From: an uncultured virus (IMG/VR IMGVR_UViG_3300021963_000039)
Taxonomy: Duplodnaviria > Heunggongvirae > Uroviricota > Caudoviricetes
Direction: 5' to 3' (one strand)
DNA length: 64,000 bases
IMG/VR virus record: IMGVR_UViG_3300021963_000039
Shown here one piece after another: positions 30,190 to 39,628 of this stretch. Position numbers and translations under genes: made by a program. Within the stretch, counting starts at the first letter, position 1. Every line of letters begins with the position of its first letter. A model generated the notes under the pieces. It saw nothing but the letters and a program-made list of their open reading frames with translations, had not been told where the DNA came from and did not search any database.

Positions 30190-30877
30190 TTAAATTTTTA
30201 TAAAATATCTCATGATTTATATATGCCAAATTAATAGTTGATATTGAGGGATAAACTGATATTGGATTGGGATATAAAACTCTTGAATCCAATGTGCGAT
30301 AAACAAATGTTCCCATAAAACCATCAATGGCAAAATATTTTTTACAAAATTCTTTATTGAATAAATCTACAAACTTATTAGACGCCAATTGAGTATATAA
30401 AACTGCAACACTACAATTAACCTTTTTTACACCATAAAGTTGCTCATCTCCAATGTCAGTAATCCATTCATCAGTAAAGTCATCATAAAATCCACCCATA
30501 CTCAAAATATCAAATTCAAAATTCTTTTCTTTAACTTGGTTCTTCCAGTCATTAAAATGATCTAATATTTTAAAATCATCTTCCAATGTTAAAAAATAAT
30601 CGTATCCACTCTCTTTTGCTAAGGTATGAATAATTCGATGTGAAATTGTTCCACAAACACATCGTTTATCATTATCAGGAAGATTAAACATATCATGATA
30701 TTCCTTATACTCATCATAAAGATGTAAAGTTTCTGGAGTTATTGCATCAAATATTTTGATATTTTTAGATCCTAATTTTTCAATTTGGGATAAAATAATA
30801 TTTCTTCTTTCTTGACTGTTTGTACAGTGTATAATGTAAATTGGAAGATTATCAAAATCTATTTCCGAACTTTTCAT
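30176..30877 (-). CDS. glycosyltransferase family 25-like
   Basis: IYIIH..ERR, FDAI, SH, LEDD. Confidence 0.7.
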   Translation of the reverse strand: MKSSEIDFDNLPIYIIHCTNSQERRNIILSQIEKLGSKNIKIFDAITPETLHLYDEYKEYHDMFNLPDNDKRCVCGTISHRIIHTLAKESGYDYFLTLEDDFKILDHFNDWKNQVKEKNFEFDILSMGGFYDDFTDEWITDIGDEQLYGVKKVNCSVAVLYTQLASNKFVDLFNKEFCKKYFAIDGFMGTFVYRTLDSRVLYPNPISVYPSISTINLAYINHEIFYKNLNDLT

Positions 30878-31719
30878 TTTAAAACTCTATTTTGATCATG
30901 GTTTTCATTAAAAATAATATCTTTATGCCTTTCAAAAACTATTCTAGTATTTTTATGATGGGATTTTAATAACCAAGATGCTGGATTATTTCCATCAGGT
31001 CGAGTACCTCCCCAAGAAATATCAGAGATATAATCAATCCAATAGGAACCTACTACTTTACCGAGTTCTTTAAAAGCACGATAGCATAAATCTGCATCAT
31101 CTTGATCTTGCGGTTCAAATATCTCATCAAAATAATTTAACTTTACGAGATCAGAATGATCAATCATTAAAGGTCCTCGACATACATTATTTCTGATGGC
31201 AAATATATTTCTACTCAGACCCTGAGAGCGATTAATGTGCGATTCATAGGTAAAAATATCACTCCAGCAATCTCCAATTTCTCGGTCAATTTCTGAAGGT
31301 AGGAAAATATGCTGACTAGATGAATTAAATCGATAATTAAAAGCAGAAGATGCAGTAACTGCAAACACATCATTAAACTCATCAAATGGTTTTTGTAATC
31401 GAAGATTCCAAGAATCTTCATTTATTATCATATCATCCTGAATAATAACTACCATATCACCAGTTGCTTCTTTCAAACCAGCATTATTTGCTTTGGTTTC
31501 AAAAACATCCGGAGTATAAATTTTTTTAACTTTTAAATTTTTATTCTGATTAATAAAATTATCAAGAATACTTTCAGATGCATCACTACAACCATCAAGT
31601 ACAACTATTAATTCATAATTATTTGTGGTATATTTTTTAATTGACTCTAAAACTTGAGATAAAATAAAGTCTTTATTATGAACCGTAAGAATTAAACTAT
31701 ACATCCATTTTCTCCCCAA
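30874..31719 (-). CDS. glycosyltransferase family 2
   Basis: SLILTVHN, VVLDGCSD, ANNAGL, IQDD. Confidence 0.85.
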   Translation of the reverse strand: MGRKWMYSLILTVHNKDFILSQVLESIKKYTTNNYELIVVLDGCSDASESILDNFINQNKNLKVKKIYTPDVFETKANNAGLKEATGDMVVIIQDDMIINEDSWNLRLQKPFDEFNDVFAVTASSAFNYRFNSSSQHIFLPSEIDREIGDCWSDIFTYESHINRSQGLSRNIFAIRNNVCRGPLMIDHSDLVKLNYFDEIFEPQDQDDADLCYRAFKELGKVVGSYWIDYISDISWGGTRPDGNNPASWLLKSHHKNTRIVFERHKDIIFNENHDQNRVLK

Positions 31720-32453
31720 ATGTAAGACCCATTACCGTACTCTTGACCCTTTATGTGGTGATAAACATTCCATTTTATGTATTTCCTAACTCCAAAAATT
31801 AAACTACTATCCGCATCCTCCGCAGGAAGATTATATTTAAGTTGAAGATTTGTGAGAATACTTTGATCGTGCCTATGATCTTTAAATCCATCTAAATTTT
31901 TTAGTCCACAGACATTCGGAATGTCTGTAACAATTTTTTCATCACTACAATAACTCAACCACTCATCTACTAGTTTTAGATTAAATTCAGTTTTTCTAAG
32001 TGCAACAAATCCATCTTCCAACTGCAATGAAGTCCAATATTTTTCTTCATCACAATTCATATAATAAAAACAATCCCTTTTAGTCCACCACTGATTTATA
32101 GAGGTAAAATTACCTTGAATAAAATATTGGTCAACATCATCCATATAATCAAGAATTATACCCTTAATTCCCTTTTTTGGATAATCCCCACAATCCATGT
32201 ATACGATTATGTCATCATCATTGATAGTCTCAAATGCTTCTCTAATAATAAAAGGTTTCCATAGAGCATATCCTGCCAACCTATCTTTATCTAGGATATT
32301 TTTATGTTTTATATAGAATTCTGTCTTTTCTAAGTATTCTCTAGTATAAGCATGGACATTATCAAAAATTTTATTTTTAACCACATGATCAATTAAAACA
32401 TTTTGATGATTTCTATAGTTTATGTCGGAATAATTAATATATTTTACTATCAT
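31692..32453 (-). CDS. putative glycosyltransferase
   Basis: GYALWKP, YMDCG, HRHDQSI. Confidence 0.65.
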   Translation of the reverse strand: MIVKYINYSDINYRNHQNVLIDHVVKNKIFDNVHAYTREYLEKTEFYIKHKNILDKDRLAGYALWKPFIIREAFETINDDDIIVYMDCGDYPKKGIKGIILDYMDDVDQYFIQGNFTSINQWWTKRDCFYYMNCDEEKYWTSLQLEDGFVALRKTEFNLKLVDEWLSYCSDEKIVTDIPNVCGLKNLDGFKDHRHDQSILTNLQLKYNLPAEDADSSLIFGVRKYIKWNVYHHIKGQEYGNGSYIWGENGCIV

Positions 32454-33340
32454 GATACCCTACTTTTATAATATTTTTGAACTTTATAGTAATCTATTAA
32501 CTCTTGTTTAGATAAACTCTTCAAATATTCCCACAATCTAAAATTGTGCTTCATGAATGGATTTGAAAAAGAAGAATTTGGAGTTCGTTTATGCTCTAAA
32601 TGATATGCGTAATTATCTATTCTCTGAATATTGTATCCCAGGATAGACCAACGATAATGACGCTCAATGTCTTCTGGAGCATATGCGATAAAACCTTCAT
32701 TTTCTAAATAACCATCAATATAAACCTGACGGTTGAAAAATTGACACATTCCATATTCCGCCCACCCTTCACCTTGATCAAGTTGGTAGTAAAAATACTT
32801 AGAGTCAAATACTTCAGGATTATAACCGGACGATATAAATTCTGAAATATCTGAATTTTTTTCAAAATTATCAATATCATCTTGAGTTTCAAAATGAGTA
32901 TTTAAATTTACCTTCCTTTCACCATGCATACCAAATCTATATGGATATATAATATCACAACTTTTAAGAAGATTGGTTGCTTTAGTATAACTACTTAAAG
33001 GCAAAATAATATCACAATCATAGTTAACTACAATATCAGTAGTTGCCATCATAATCATATCATTCAAAACTTTTGTCCTATGGAAAGCATTATCCTCTCT
33101 AGTTTCTTTTTCAAAGATATAAGTCAAATTATCTTGATTTACATTTAATCTTCCAATAACTGGTTTTGCATATTTTTCAAACACATTATCATCTGACACC
33201 TCTTTTATTAATAATTTGCAATTAAAATGATGAAGTAAAAATGAAGATGTAAGAATAATATTTCTCAATCTATCATCAGTTTCAATTCGAAGAGGAATGA
33301 TGAAAGTCACATTAGATAAATCAATCATAATTGAATCCAC
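32450..33340 (-). CDS. GT-A fold glycosyltransferase (GT2/GT7-like)
   Basis: TFIIPLR, YDCD, ENEGFIAYAPED, HLEH. Confidence 0.75.
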   Translation of the reverse strand: MDSIMIDLSNVTFIIPLRIETDDRLRNIILTSSFLLHHFNCKLLIKEVSDDNVFEKYAKPVIGRLNVNQDNLTYIFEKETREDNAFHRTKVLNDMIMMATTDIVVNYDCDIILPLSSYTKATNLLKSCDIIYPYRFGMHGERKVNLNTHFETQDDIDNFEKNSDISEFISSGYNPEVFDSKYFYYQLDQGEGWAEYGMCQFFNRQVYIDGYLENEGFIAYAPEDIERHYRWSILGYNIQRIDNYAYHLEHKRTPNSSFSNPFMKHNFRLWEYLKSLSKQELIDYYKVQKYYKSRVS

Positions 33341-34131
33341 CTATCAGGTATTAAATCAGAAATATCATTTTGCTCTTTCAGAGGTGGACCAAACCAAAGT
33401 TTCGGAGAATAAACACATTTACTATTTGATAACCAAGCTCCCCACCAAGAAAATGAAGAGTTGGCAATAATGTGATAATTGCACATAGACATTAAGCATA
33501 GATCAAAATAATTAGTATTACTTTCAGAAACATAAAATCTATCAGATTCGAATAATTTTTGTTGAAGACACCATTCCGAATCATCGGAAAAAATAATAAC
33601 CGGAATATTATTGTCAATTAATGACAATGCCTTTTCGTAATATTCTAGTGAGCAACATCCGTGCCAAGGATATTTAAGATAATCACCCCGACGTATATGT
33701 ATAGAAATTATCTCATTACTTTTTAATTGATTTAGATAATCATTAACTTCATGTATAATTTCTTCTTTAAAGGTAAAGTCTTCTTTTACTTTATTTGCAA
33801 CATGCAAAAAATATTTTTCTGTCTGAAAATATCCAAAAATATCTACATTATCTGGACATGTTTCAAAGAAAGTAGAATCAAATCTGAAGCTAGATTCCTT
33901 TATTTGCCCAACACCATATAACTTTTTAATGTTTTCTTTTTTAAGATTTTGTAAAGTAAATACTTCCAATAATTGATGATCATAAAGAGGATCATTAAAA
34001 TCACTTGGAGGAATATAAAATTCATAACCATGTTTTTCAGCAATTCCAAGTAAAGTTGCATACTGAAACATCTGATTTCCGAGTCTACCATTAGAACCAA
34101 GTAAATTGTAACTAATCATTTCATTCTCCAC
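33325..34131 (-). CDS. glycosyltransferase family 11 (alpha-1,2-fucosyltransferase-like)
   Basis: GRLGNQMFQYA, HIRRGDY, IIANSSFSWWGAWL. Confidence 0.9.
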   Translation of the reverse strand: MENEMISYNLLGSNGRLGNQMFQYATLLGIAEKHGYEFYIPPSDFNDPLYDHQLLEVFTLQNLKKENIKKLYGVGQIKESSFRFDSTFFETCPDNVDIFGYFQTEKYFLHVANKVKEDFTFKEEIIHEVNDYLNQLKSNEIISIHIRRGDYLKYPWHGCCSLEYYEKALSLIDNNIPVIIFSDDSEWCLQQKLFESDRFYVSESNTNYFDLCLMSMCNYHIIANSSFSWWGAWLSNSKCVYSPKLWFGPPLKEQNDISDLIPDRWIQL

Positions 34132-34924
34132 TATAAGTCAATAAAAAGTTTCTCTGATTTTCGCTATTTATCCATGTATTTAGTTCTAGAAAATTATCTA
34201 AATTTATCTGTTTGACTGTAATATGATTCATTAACATTTCTGGATTTAAGTGACTTTTCATATAAAGATTACTACAATAAAAATTTTTAACATTTGTAGA
34301 GCAAAGAGCAGCTGCAACTGAAAAAGTTCCTGTTCCAGACGATGCAATATTTTTTGCTCTCATAAGTGTTGAAAAATCTTCTTCTACAGATAAAGATTGT
34401 ATTCTAATTTTAGAAATTTTTTTTAATTGATCAACAATTGGATTATAATTATCCGGTTCAGTTACAACTATAATTTTATTATAATATTCAGTAAGTTGCA
34501 AATAATAGTATAAAGGATTTGGACAATAATCATGCGGAGACAAGTGAACATCAGAAAAAATATCTCCACTACGAATATGAATAACTAGAGTATCCTTATC
34601 AAAAGGATCATCAATTTTAAATTTGAAGTTAGGTCTTATATAGTCCAAACAAACTCTACGAATATTATTAAACAAATAATTCACGTCAATATTGAAACTC
34701 TTATATTTCCCATCATAATAATAAAAAGGATTATAAAAAGTTGGAGACAATTTGGATGTACAGTTAAAATAAATTGAGTTTATATATTGATGATCTGGAC
34801 TTATAAATCCACAATTATTCATTTCAGAATATAAAATTCCATTACATATTTGTTGGATATTATTACCAAATCTACCAGACCAGTCAGAAATAGAATTAAT
34901 TATCATTTTTAATTTGATTATCAA
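34121..34924 (-). CDS. GT11-like glycosyltransferase
   Basis: GRFGNNIQQ, HIRSGD, GTFS. Confidence 0.65.
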   Translation of the reverse strand: MIIKLKMIINSISDWSGRFGNNIQQICNGILYSEMNNCGFISPDHQYINSIYFNCTSKLSPTFYNPFYYYDGKYKSFNIDVNYLFNNIRRVCLDYIRPNFKFKIDDPFDKDTLVIHIRSGDIFSDVHLSPHDYCPNPLYYYLQLTEYYNKIIVVTEPDNYNPIVDQLKKISKIRIQSLSVEEDFSTLMRAKNIASSGTGTFSVAAALCSTNVKNFYCSNLYMKSHLNPEMLMNHITVKQINLDNFLELNTWINSENQRNFLLTYSGE

Positions 34925-35942
34925 TCCAATTATAAGTTTTCCTAATTCCTTCTTCTAAAGGCATAGAATAATCCCATTCAAGTTTTTTACGAATTAAATC
35001 ATTATTAGAATTTCTACCACGAACTCCAAGAGGACCATCGATATGTTTCTTTGTAACAATTTTTCCAGAAACTTTGGCAGCTATATTAGCTAGTTGATTA
35101 ATTGTTACCATTTCTTCAGATCCAATATTTACTGGACCCGAAAAATCAGACTGAACTAAACGATAAGTTGCTTCAATACATTCATCAATATAAAGAAATG
35201 ATCTAGTTTGTTCGCCATCACCCCAAATTTCAATTTCACCACCTTCATCTGGAATTTCTGCTACTTTCCGACAGATTGCTGCTGGTGATTTCTCTTTGCC
35301 ACCCCTCCAAGTTCCTTCTGGTCCAAAAATATTATGATATCTGGCAATATATACTGGAATAGAATAATTACGATTGTATGCAAAATAAAGTCTTTCGGAA
35401 AATAATTTTTCCCAACCATATTCTGAATCTGGATTAGCTGGATATGCCGATTCCTCCCGGCAATCAGGATTGTCGGGATCGAGTTGATTATGCTCTGGAT
35501 ACATACAAGCAGAAGATGAAAAGAAAATCTTAGTCTTACTGTGACCGATTCTTTCATTTAAATTCTTTAGAGACCGAAGAATATTCAAATTAATTGATGC
35601 GGAATTATTCATCACATCTGCATCATGATCTCCCGTAAAAATATATCCAGCACCTCCCATATCAGCAGCAAACTGATAGATCTCATCAAAAGGTTGAATA
35701 TATTTTATTGGAAAAAATTTATAAAAATTATTTCTATATCCTCCAAATTTAACTATCTTTTCAACTAAATGTTGATCTGTTAAATTTCCTAGAATAAACT
35801 CATCCGCTACAGTTTTAGAATGCTCAGGATACTTTACATCTACGCCACGAACCCAATATCCTTTAGATTTTAATTTTTTTACCATGTGGCTTCCAATAAA
35901 ACCACCAGCACCAAGAACAAGTGCGGTTTTTATATGATTCAT
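34896..35942 (-). CDS. NAD-dependent epimerase, GDP-mannose 3,5-epimerase-like
   Basis: GAGGFIG, AADMGGAG, SSSACMYP, YGWEK, GVRGRNS. Confidence 0.9.
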   Translation of the reverse strand: MNHIKTALVLGAGGFIGSHMVKKLKSKGYWVRGVDVKYPEHSKTVADEFILGNLTDQHLVEKIVKFGGYRNNFYKFFPIKYIQPFDEIYQFAADMGGAGYIFTGDHDADVMNNSASINLNILRSLKNLNERIGHSKTKIFFSSSACMYPEHNQLDPDNPDCREESAYPANPDSEYGWEKLFSERLYFAYNRNYSIPVYIARYHNIFGPEGTWRGGKEKSPAAICRKVAEIPDEGGEIEIWGDGEQTRSFLYIDECIEATYRLVQSDFSGPVNIGSEEMVTINQLANIAAKVSGKIVTKKHIDGPLGVRGRNSNNDLIRKKLEWDYSMPLEEGIRKTYNWIDNQIKNDN

Positions 35943-36089
35943 AAAATTTTATATACACTTTTTATATATTAAAGAAAGAGAGAGAGATTGATTAACAATT
36001 TTTATTAAGGGTTTTTATAATATTACTCTCTTTCTCAAAGTTTTTTTCTATATCTACATATGTCGTTAAAAGATAATATCTATTAATAT

Positions 36090-36353
36090 TTAATAATTAC
36101 TATCTTCGTCATCATCCTTAATATAAGAAGGAACATTATCAGGATCTAACCAGCAGGTGTAAGAAAAATCTTCCATAGCAGTCATAAGTTGCATTTCATT
36201 ATCCAGAAGATACATATCTCGATATCGTCCAGTATAAGAATCTACTTTCTGAATGCGACAATCAGGTTTTCCATTAATTTCAAGAGTTCCGACCTGAACA
36301 TAACGATATGGAAAACGCTCAAGAAGAACTGTGGGTTTCCGAGAAACTTTCAT
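36090..36353 (-). CDS. conserved cyanophage hypothetical protein
   Basis: 87-aa ORF ERFPYRYVQVG...RDMYL. Confidence 0.7.
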   Translation of the reverse strand: MKVSRKPTVLLERFPYRYVQVGTLEINGKPDCRIQKVDSYTGRYRDMYLLDNEMQLMTAMEDFSYTCWLDPDNVPSYIKDDDEDSNY

Positions 36354-36568
36354 CAGGCAACCTCTACAGATTTTAGATCTTGATCAAGATAGTCCATTAG
36401 AATATCATAATTATCGAGAGGATCATCAGAAAAAATTACTCCTTGATTCTCATAAAATCGGCGGACTTTTTTATAAAGTTTTGGATTTTTTACATCAAGA
36501 TAAAAATCACCATTAGTAGCACCACGAAGGGTACTAACGTCTTTCTTAAATTTTTGAATCAGAGACAT
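36353..36568 (-). CDS. conserved cyanophage hypothetical protein
   Basis: 71-aa ORF; TTGACA-17-TATAAT at 36592-36620, GAGG RBS. Confidence 0.7.
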   Translation of the reverse strand: MSLIQKFKKDVSTLRGATNGDFYLDVKNPKLYKKVRRFYENQGVIFSDDPLDNYDILMDYLDQDLKSVEVA

Positions 36569-36644
36569 TGTTCTGTTTTGTTTACCTCACTATTATAGTG
36601 TATTTGAATTTTTTTGTCAAGTGTGCCAGTCATAAAACTGGCAA

Positions 36645-36720
36645 TCGGAGTATTCAGATTTGAACTGAAATTATTCCGCTTCCCAAAAGCGGTGCCATAA
36701 CCAAATTAGGCGATACTCCG
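36645..36720 (-). tRNA. tRNA-Pro(TGG)
   Basis: CGGAGTA/TACTCCG acceptor, CCGCT-TTTGGGA-AGCGG anticodon arm, TTCAAAT T-loop. Confidence 0.9.
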
Positions 36721-37033
36721 GTGTTAATCGTCTTCGTTCTCATCCTCATATTTAGAAGGTTCCTCAAAGAGTTCTTCCATCTTGAGTTTTTGAATGCGAC
36801 CATAAAGTTCATTATAGTCGTCATCAGGCATTTCGTCAAAACTTACAACCATCAGTTCATCTCCTTTTTAACTCCTTTCATTTCATAGAACCCAATGTCT
36901 TATCAACCATATGGAATGTATAATGCCAAAAACAAACAAAGAACCAATAATTCCACTAATCCATCCAACACGAACTTCGTGATTTTTGATTGCCGCAGAG
37001 ATTGATTCATTTATCATTGACTGAATTTCATCT

Positions 37034-37234
37034 TTATCCATTCATAAAATCCTCATATGTCCTTAAGATTTCTGTATCAATATCATCTAAACTTTCATAA
37101 GAAGATTTCCAATCAGAATTAATTAATCTATCTATAAATTGATATACTTTAGTTGTTAGAGAAATATTCATACGAACAAAAGAACTCAAAAAAAATTGTC
37201 TTTTTTGCCAATTTTTATCCTTGATGTTCTCCAT
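37034..37234 (-). CDS. hypothetical protein
   Basis: 66-aa ORF in gene run. Confidence 0.55.
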   Translation of the reverse strand: MENIKDKNWQKRQFFLSSFVRMNISLTTKVYQFIDRLINSDWKSSYESLDDIDTEILRTYEDFMNG

Positions 37235-37370
37235 TTAGATACTTTGATAATGGATCTTTTTTAGTTTTTATAATTTCACAAGCTCTTTTATAGAACATAT
37301 TATCAATATTACCAGATTCTTCAAATGTTTGTTTAATTTTTACCCAATTGCTATAGGTATGATCGTCCAT
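37215..37370 (-). CDS. small hypothetical protein (51 aa)
   Basis: MDDHTYSNWVKIKQTFEESGNIDNMFYKRAC... Confidence 0.6.
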   Translation of the reverse strand: MDDHTYSNWVKIKQTFEESGNIDNMFYKRACEIIKTKKDPLSKYLNGEHQG

Positions 37371-37455
37371 TTAAATTTATAGTTAATAATAATAATTTAT
37401 CTTAAAGAGAATATTGACTTTAATTTTTATGTGTGGATTTTATGACATAAAATAT

Positions 37456-37716
37456 TCAACGAACCTCAAAATCTAAACGCCGAACTTTACGCTGGCGTCT
37501 TTCTTCTTGCCACATCAAATCCTCATTACGAAGAACATTACTTGTGGTTTTTTGAGTTTGATTATTCAACATTACTATCATTGACAAATCAAGAGCAGTA
37601 ATTTTAGCATTACGAATAATGGTTGCCATATTAGAGCAACCACAAGAAACTGATTTTGCGGCATTTCCTTCTATCTCCTTTTCACAAGAGCGACATCTAA
37701 TTCTTAAGTTTTCCAT
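37456..37716 (-). CDS. hypothetical Cys-motif protein
   Basis: CRSC...CGCSN. Confidence 0.7.
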   Translation of the reverse strand: MENLRIRCRSCEKEIEGNAAKSVSCGCSNMATIIRNAKITALDLSMIVMLNNQTQKTTSNVLRNEDLMWQEERRQRKVRRLDFEVR

Positions 37717-37736
37717 TTGTCATTATAAGTTAATTT

Positions 37737-38171
37737 TTATTCGGTAAATGAACGTAGCATCCAAACAAACTTACCGTGTGCTTCGTTTAAATCATCAGCA
37801 AGATTAACAGTTCCTCTTGACTTTTGTGCGTCTGCTTCTTCGGCAACTTCACCTAACATATCTATAATCTTTTTATGACCCTCAAGTAGATCTTTAATCA
37901 TTTCCATTTCAGAAATATTAGTTTTTGCTTCTCCTACACCAGAAACTTCTACAACTCTAGACAAAGAACTAATAGGTTTGATTCCTAAAAATCTCATATG
38001 TTCTGATATACGATCAACTTCTTCTTGAATTTCTGCGTATTGGTCACCAAACAAATCGTGAATTTGCTTAAAGTCGGATCCCACAACGTGCCAATGATAG
38101 ACCCAGGTTTTTTGAAATAACAAAAAAAGTGATGCTTGCGTATCACTTATAAGTTTATACAGTTTTTCCAT
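37737..38171 (-). CDS. dps: Dps / DNA starvation-protection ferritin-like protein
   Basis: YHWHVVGSDFKQIHDLF, DRISEH, KFVWML; ATAAATA at 38190-38196. Confidence 0.92.
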   Translation of the reverse strand: MEKLYKLISDTQASLFLLFQKTWVYHWHVVGSDFKQIHDLFGDQYAEIQEEVDRISEHMRFLGIKPISSLSRVVEVSGVGEAKTNISEMEMIKDLLEGHKKIIDMLGEVAEEADAQKSRGTVNLADDLNEAHGKFVWMLRSFTE

Positions 38172-38195
38172 TATACTAAATGTTTTAAGTATTTA

Positions 38196-38381
38196 TTAGG
38201 AACCACTTATCATATATTCTACAGTATTTGCCACATCATTCATCGCTTCTCGTAGATTTTCACTTTGACCAGATTCTTGTTTGCGAACAGGACGAGAACT
38301 ATCACAAAGAGTCCACCGCCACTGCTTCATAGAATCACACCACCATAAGTTAATTTTCATTCTTATAGTGCTCCAGCTCAA
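38196..38381 (-). CDS. hypothetical protein (start likely 38360)
   Basis: MKINLWWCDSMKQWRWTL... Confidence 0.6.
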   Translation of the reverse strand: MSWSTIRMKINLWWCDSMKQWRWTLCDSSRPVRKQESGQSENLREAMNDVANTVEYMISGS

Positions 38382-38508
38382 TCCATTTAAGAAGTGTATT
38401 AAATGAAGTAATAGATGCCTGAGTACAATTATCTTCTTTTAATTTAAGAATATAATACTCAAGTGCCTCGATTACCATCTCTCGATCTTTTTGTGATATT
38501 AGTGACAT
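38350..38508 (-). CDS. small hypothetical protein (52 aa)
   Basis: MSLISQKDREMVIEALEYY...LLKWIELE. Confidence 0.6.
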   Translation of the reverse strand: MSLISQKDREMVIEALEYYILKLKEDNCTQASITSFNTLLKWIELEHYKNEN

Positions 38509-38537
38509 AAAAATCTTAACTCCAAGTTATAGTACAC

Positions 38538-38563
38538 AAAAAGGGGGGTTTGCCAACCCCCCT
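38538..38563 (-). terminator. intrinsic terminator after pstS
   Basis: GC hairpin GGGGG-TTGGCAAA-CCCCC then TTTTT. Confidence 0.8.
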
Positions 38564-38568
38564 ATGTA

Positions 38569-39534
38569 TTATTCCTTAATTTGATTTACAGCAGCCTGTG
38601 CTTTTGCTTGAATTGCATCCTTAAGAGGAACATATCCAAGATCATCAGCAAATGCCTGTGCCTTATCACTCAGCATATAATTGATGACACCTTTAATAGC
38701 ATCAGTCTTAGCACCATTACCAGTTCTATAGGCAAGCAGATAAGTCAGTGTTGCAATGGGATATGCACCTTTTGCAGAAGGATTTGGATCCTGCCCTGCA
38801 AGGTTTTTATTCAGAACAATACCATTCAGTGCCTTGGCACCGGAAGCATAACTAGGGAGAACAAACTCACCAGACTTATTCTGAACTGCCGCTGCTTTCA
38901 GATTACCTTTGACAAAGGATTGATTGAGATATCCAATAGATCCTGGAGTTGTTGCAAGAATACCGGCAACGCCATCATTACCTTTACCACCAACACCAAC
39001 TTTCCAATTTACAGACTTAGCAGATCCAAGTGTCCATTCTTTAGAAAATGCTTGCATTGATTCGGTGAATGCAGCAGTGGTTCCAGAACCATCAGAACGG
39101 TGTGCTACGGTGATTTTACCAGCAGAGCAACCAAGTTCTTTCCAGTTATCAATAGAACCCATAAAAACGGATACTGCTTGCTTCTGAGTGAGTTTCAGTT
39201 TGCAAGCAGGATTATTGTAGGCAATTGCAATTGTTCCACCAACAGTAGGAATTTGTACCACACCACGAGAAACTTTAGCACGATCCTTATCACTAATTGG
39301 ATCATCAGTAGCACCAAGGGCAACTGTTTGGTCAATGAATGCCTTACGACCACCACCAGAACCAATTGCTTGATAATTGACTTTGGGACCGCCAGATTTG
39401 GCAAGATTAGAGAACCAACGAGTATAGATGGTTTCAGGAAATGTAGCACCAGCAATATTGATTCTTGCAGGCAATGCAAATGCTGCGGTAGGAGAAAGAG
39501 CAAGACCAATAGCAATAAAATGTTTGAGTTTCAT
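38569..39534 (-). CDS. pstS: phosphate ABC transporter substrate-binding protein
   Basis: Signal peptide; AGATFP, YQAIGSGGG, HRSDGSGTT, YPI. Confidence 0.97.
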   Translation of the reverse strand: MKLKHFIAIGLALSPTAAFALPARINIAGATFPETIYTRWFSNLAKSGGPKVNYQAIGSGGGRKAFIDQTVALGATDDPISDKDRAKVSRGVVQIPTVGGTIAIAYNNPACKLKLTQKQAVSVFMGSIDNWKELGCSAGKITVAHRSDGSGTTAAFTESMQAFSKEWTLGSAKSVNWKVGVGGKGNDGVAGILATTPGSIGYLNQSFVKGNLKAAAVQNKSGEFVLPSYASGAKALNGIVLNKNLAGQDPNPSAKGAYPIATLTYLLAYRTGNGAKTDAIKGVINYMLSDKAQAFADDLGYVPLKDAIQAKAQAAVNQIKE

Positions 39535-39546
39535 AAAAATGTTTTA

Positions 39547-39576
39547 AAGTTAAATTTTGGTTAAATGTACCTTAAT
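39547..39576 (-). promoter_or_regulatory. pho box (SphR/PhoB site)
   Basis: ATTAAGGT-aca-TTTAACCA-aaa-TTTAACTT, 11-bp period, fits cyanobacterial PyTTAAPyPy(T/A) repeats. Confidence 0.75.
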
Positions 39577-39578
39577 AT

Positions 39579-39601
39579 CAAAAATCCCCCTTGCGGGGGA
39601 A
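39579..39601 (-). terminator. intrinsic terminator after porin gene
   Basis: TCCCCC-GCAA-GGGGGA-TTTTT. Confidence 0.8.
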
Positions 39602-39628
39602 TAAATTGATATTGTACCTTATAGGTTA

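Noticed and set aside
36654..36839. 61-aa ORF
   Set aside because: Runs through tRNA-Pro; likely spurious.
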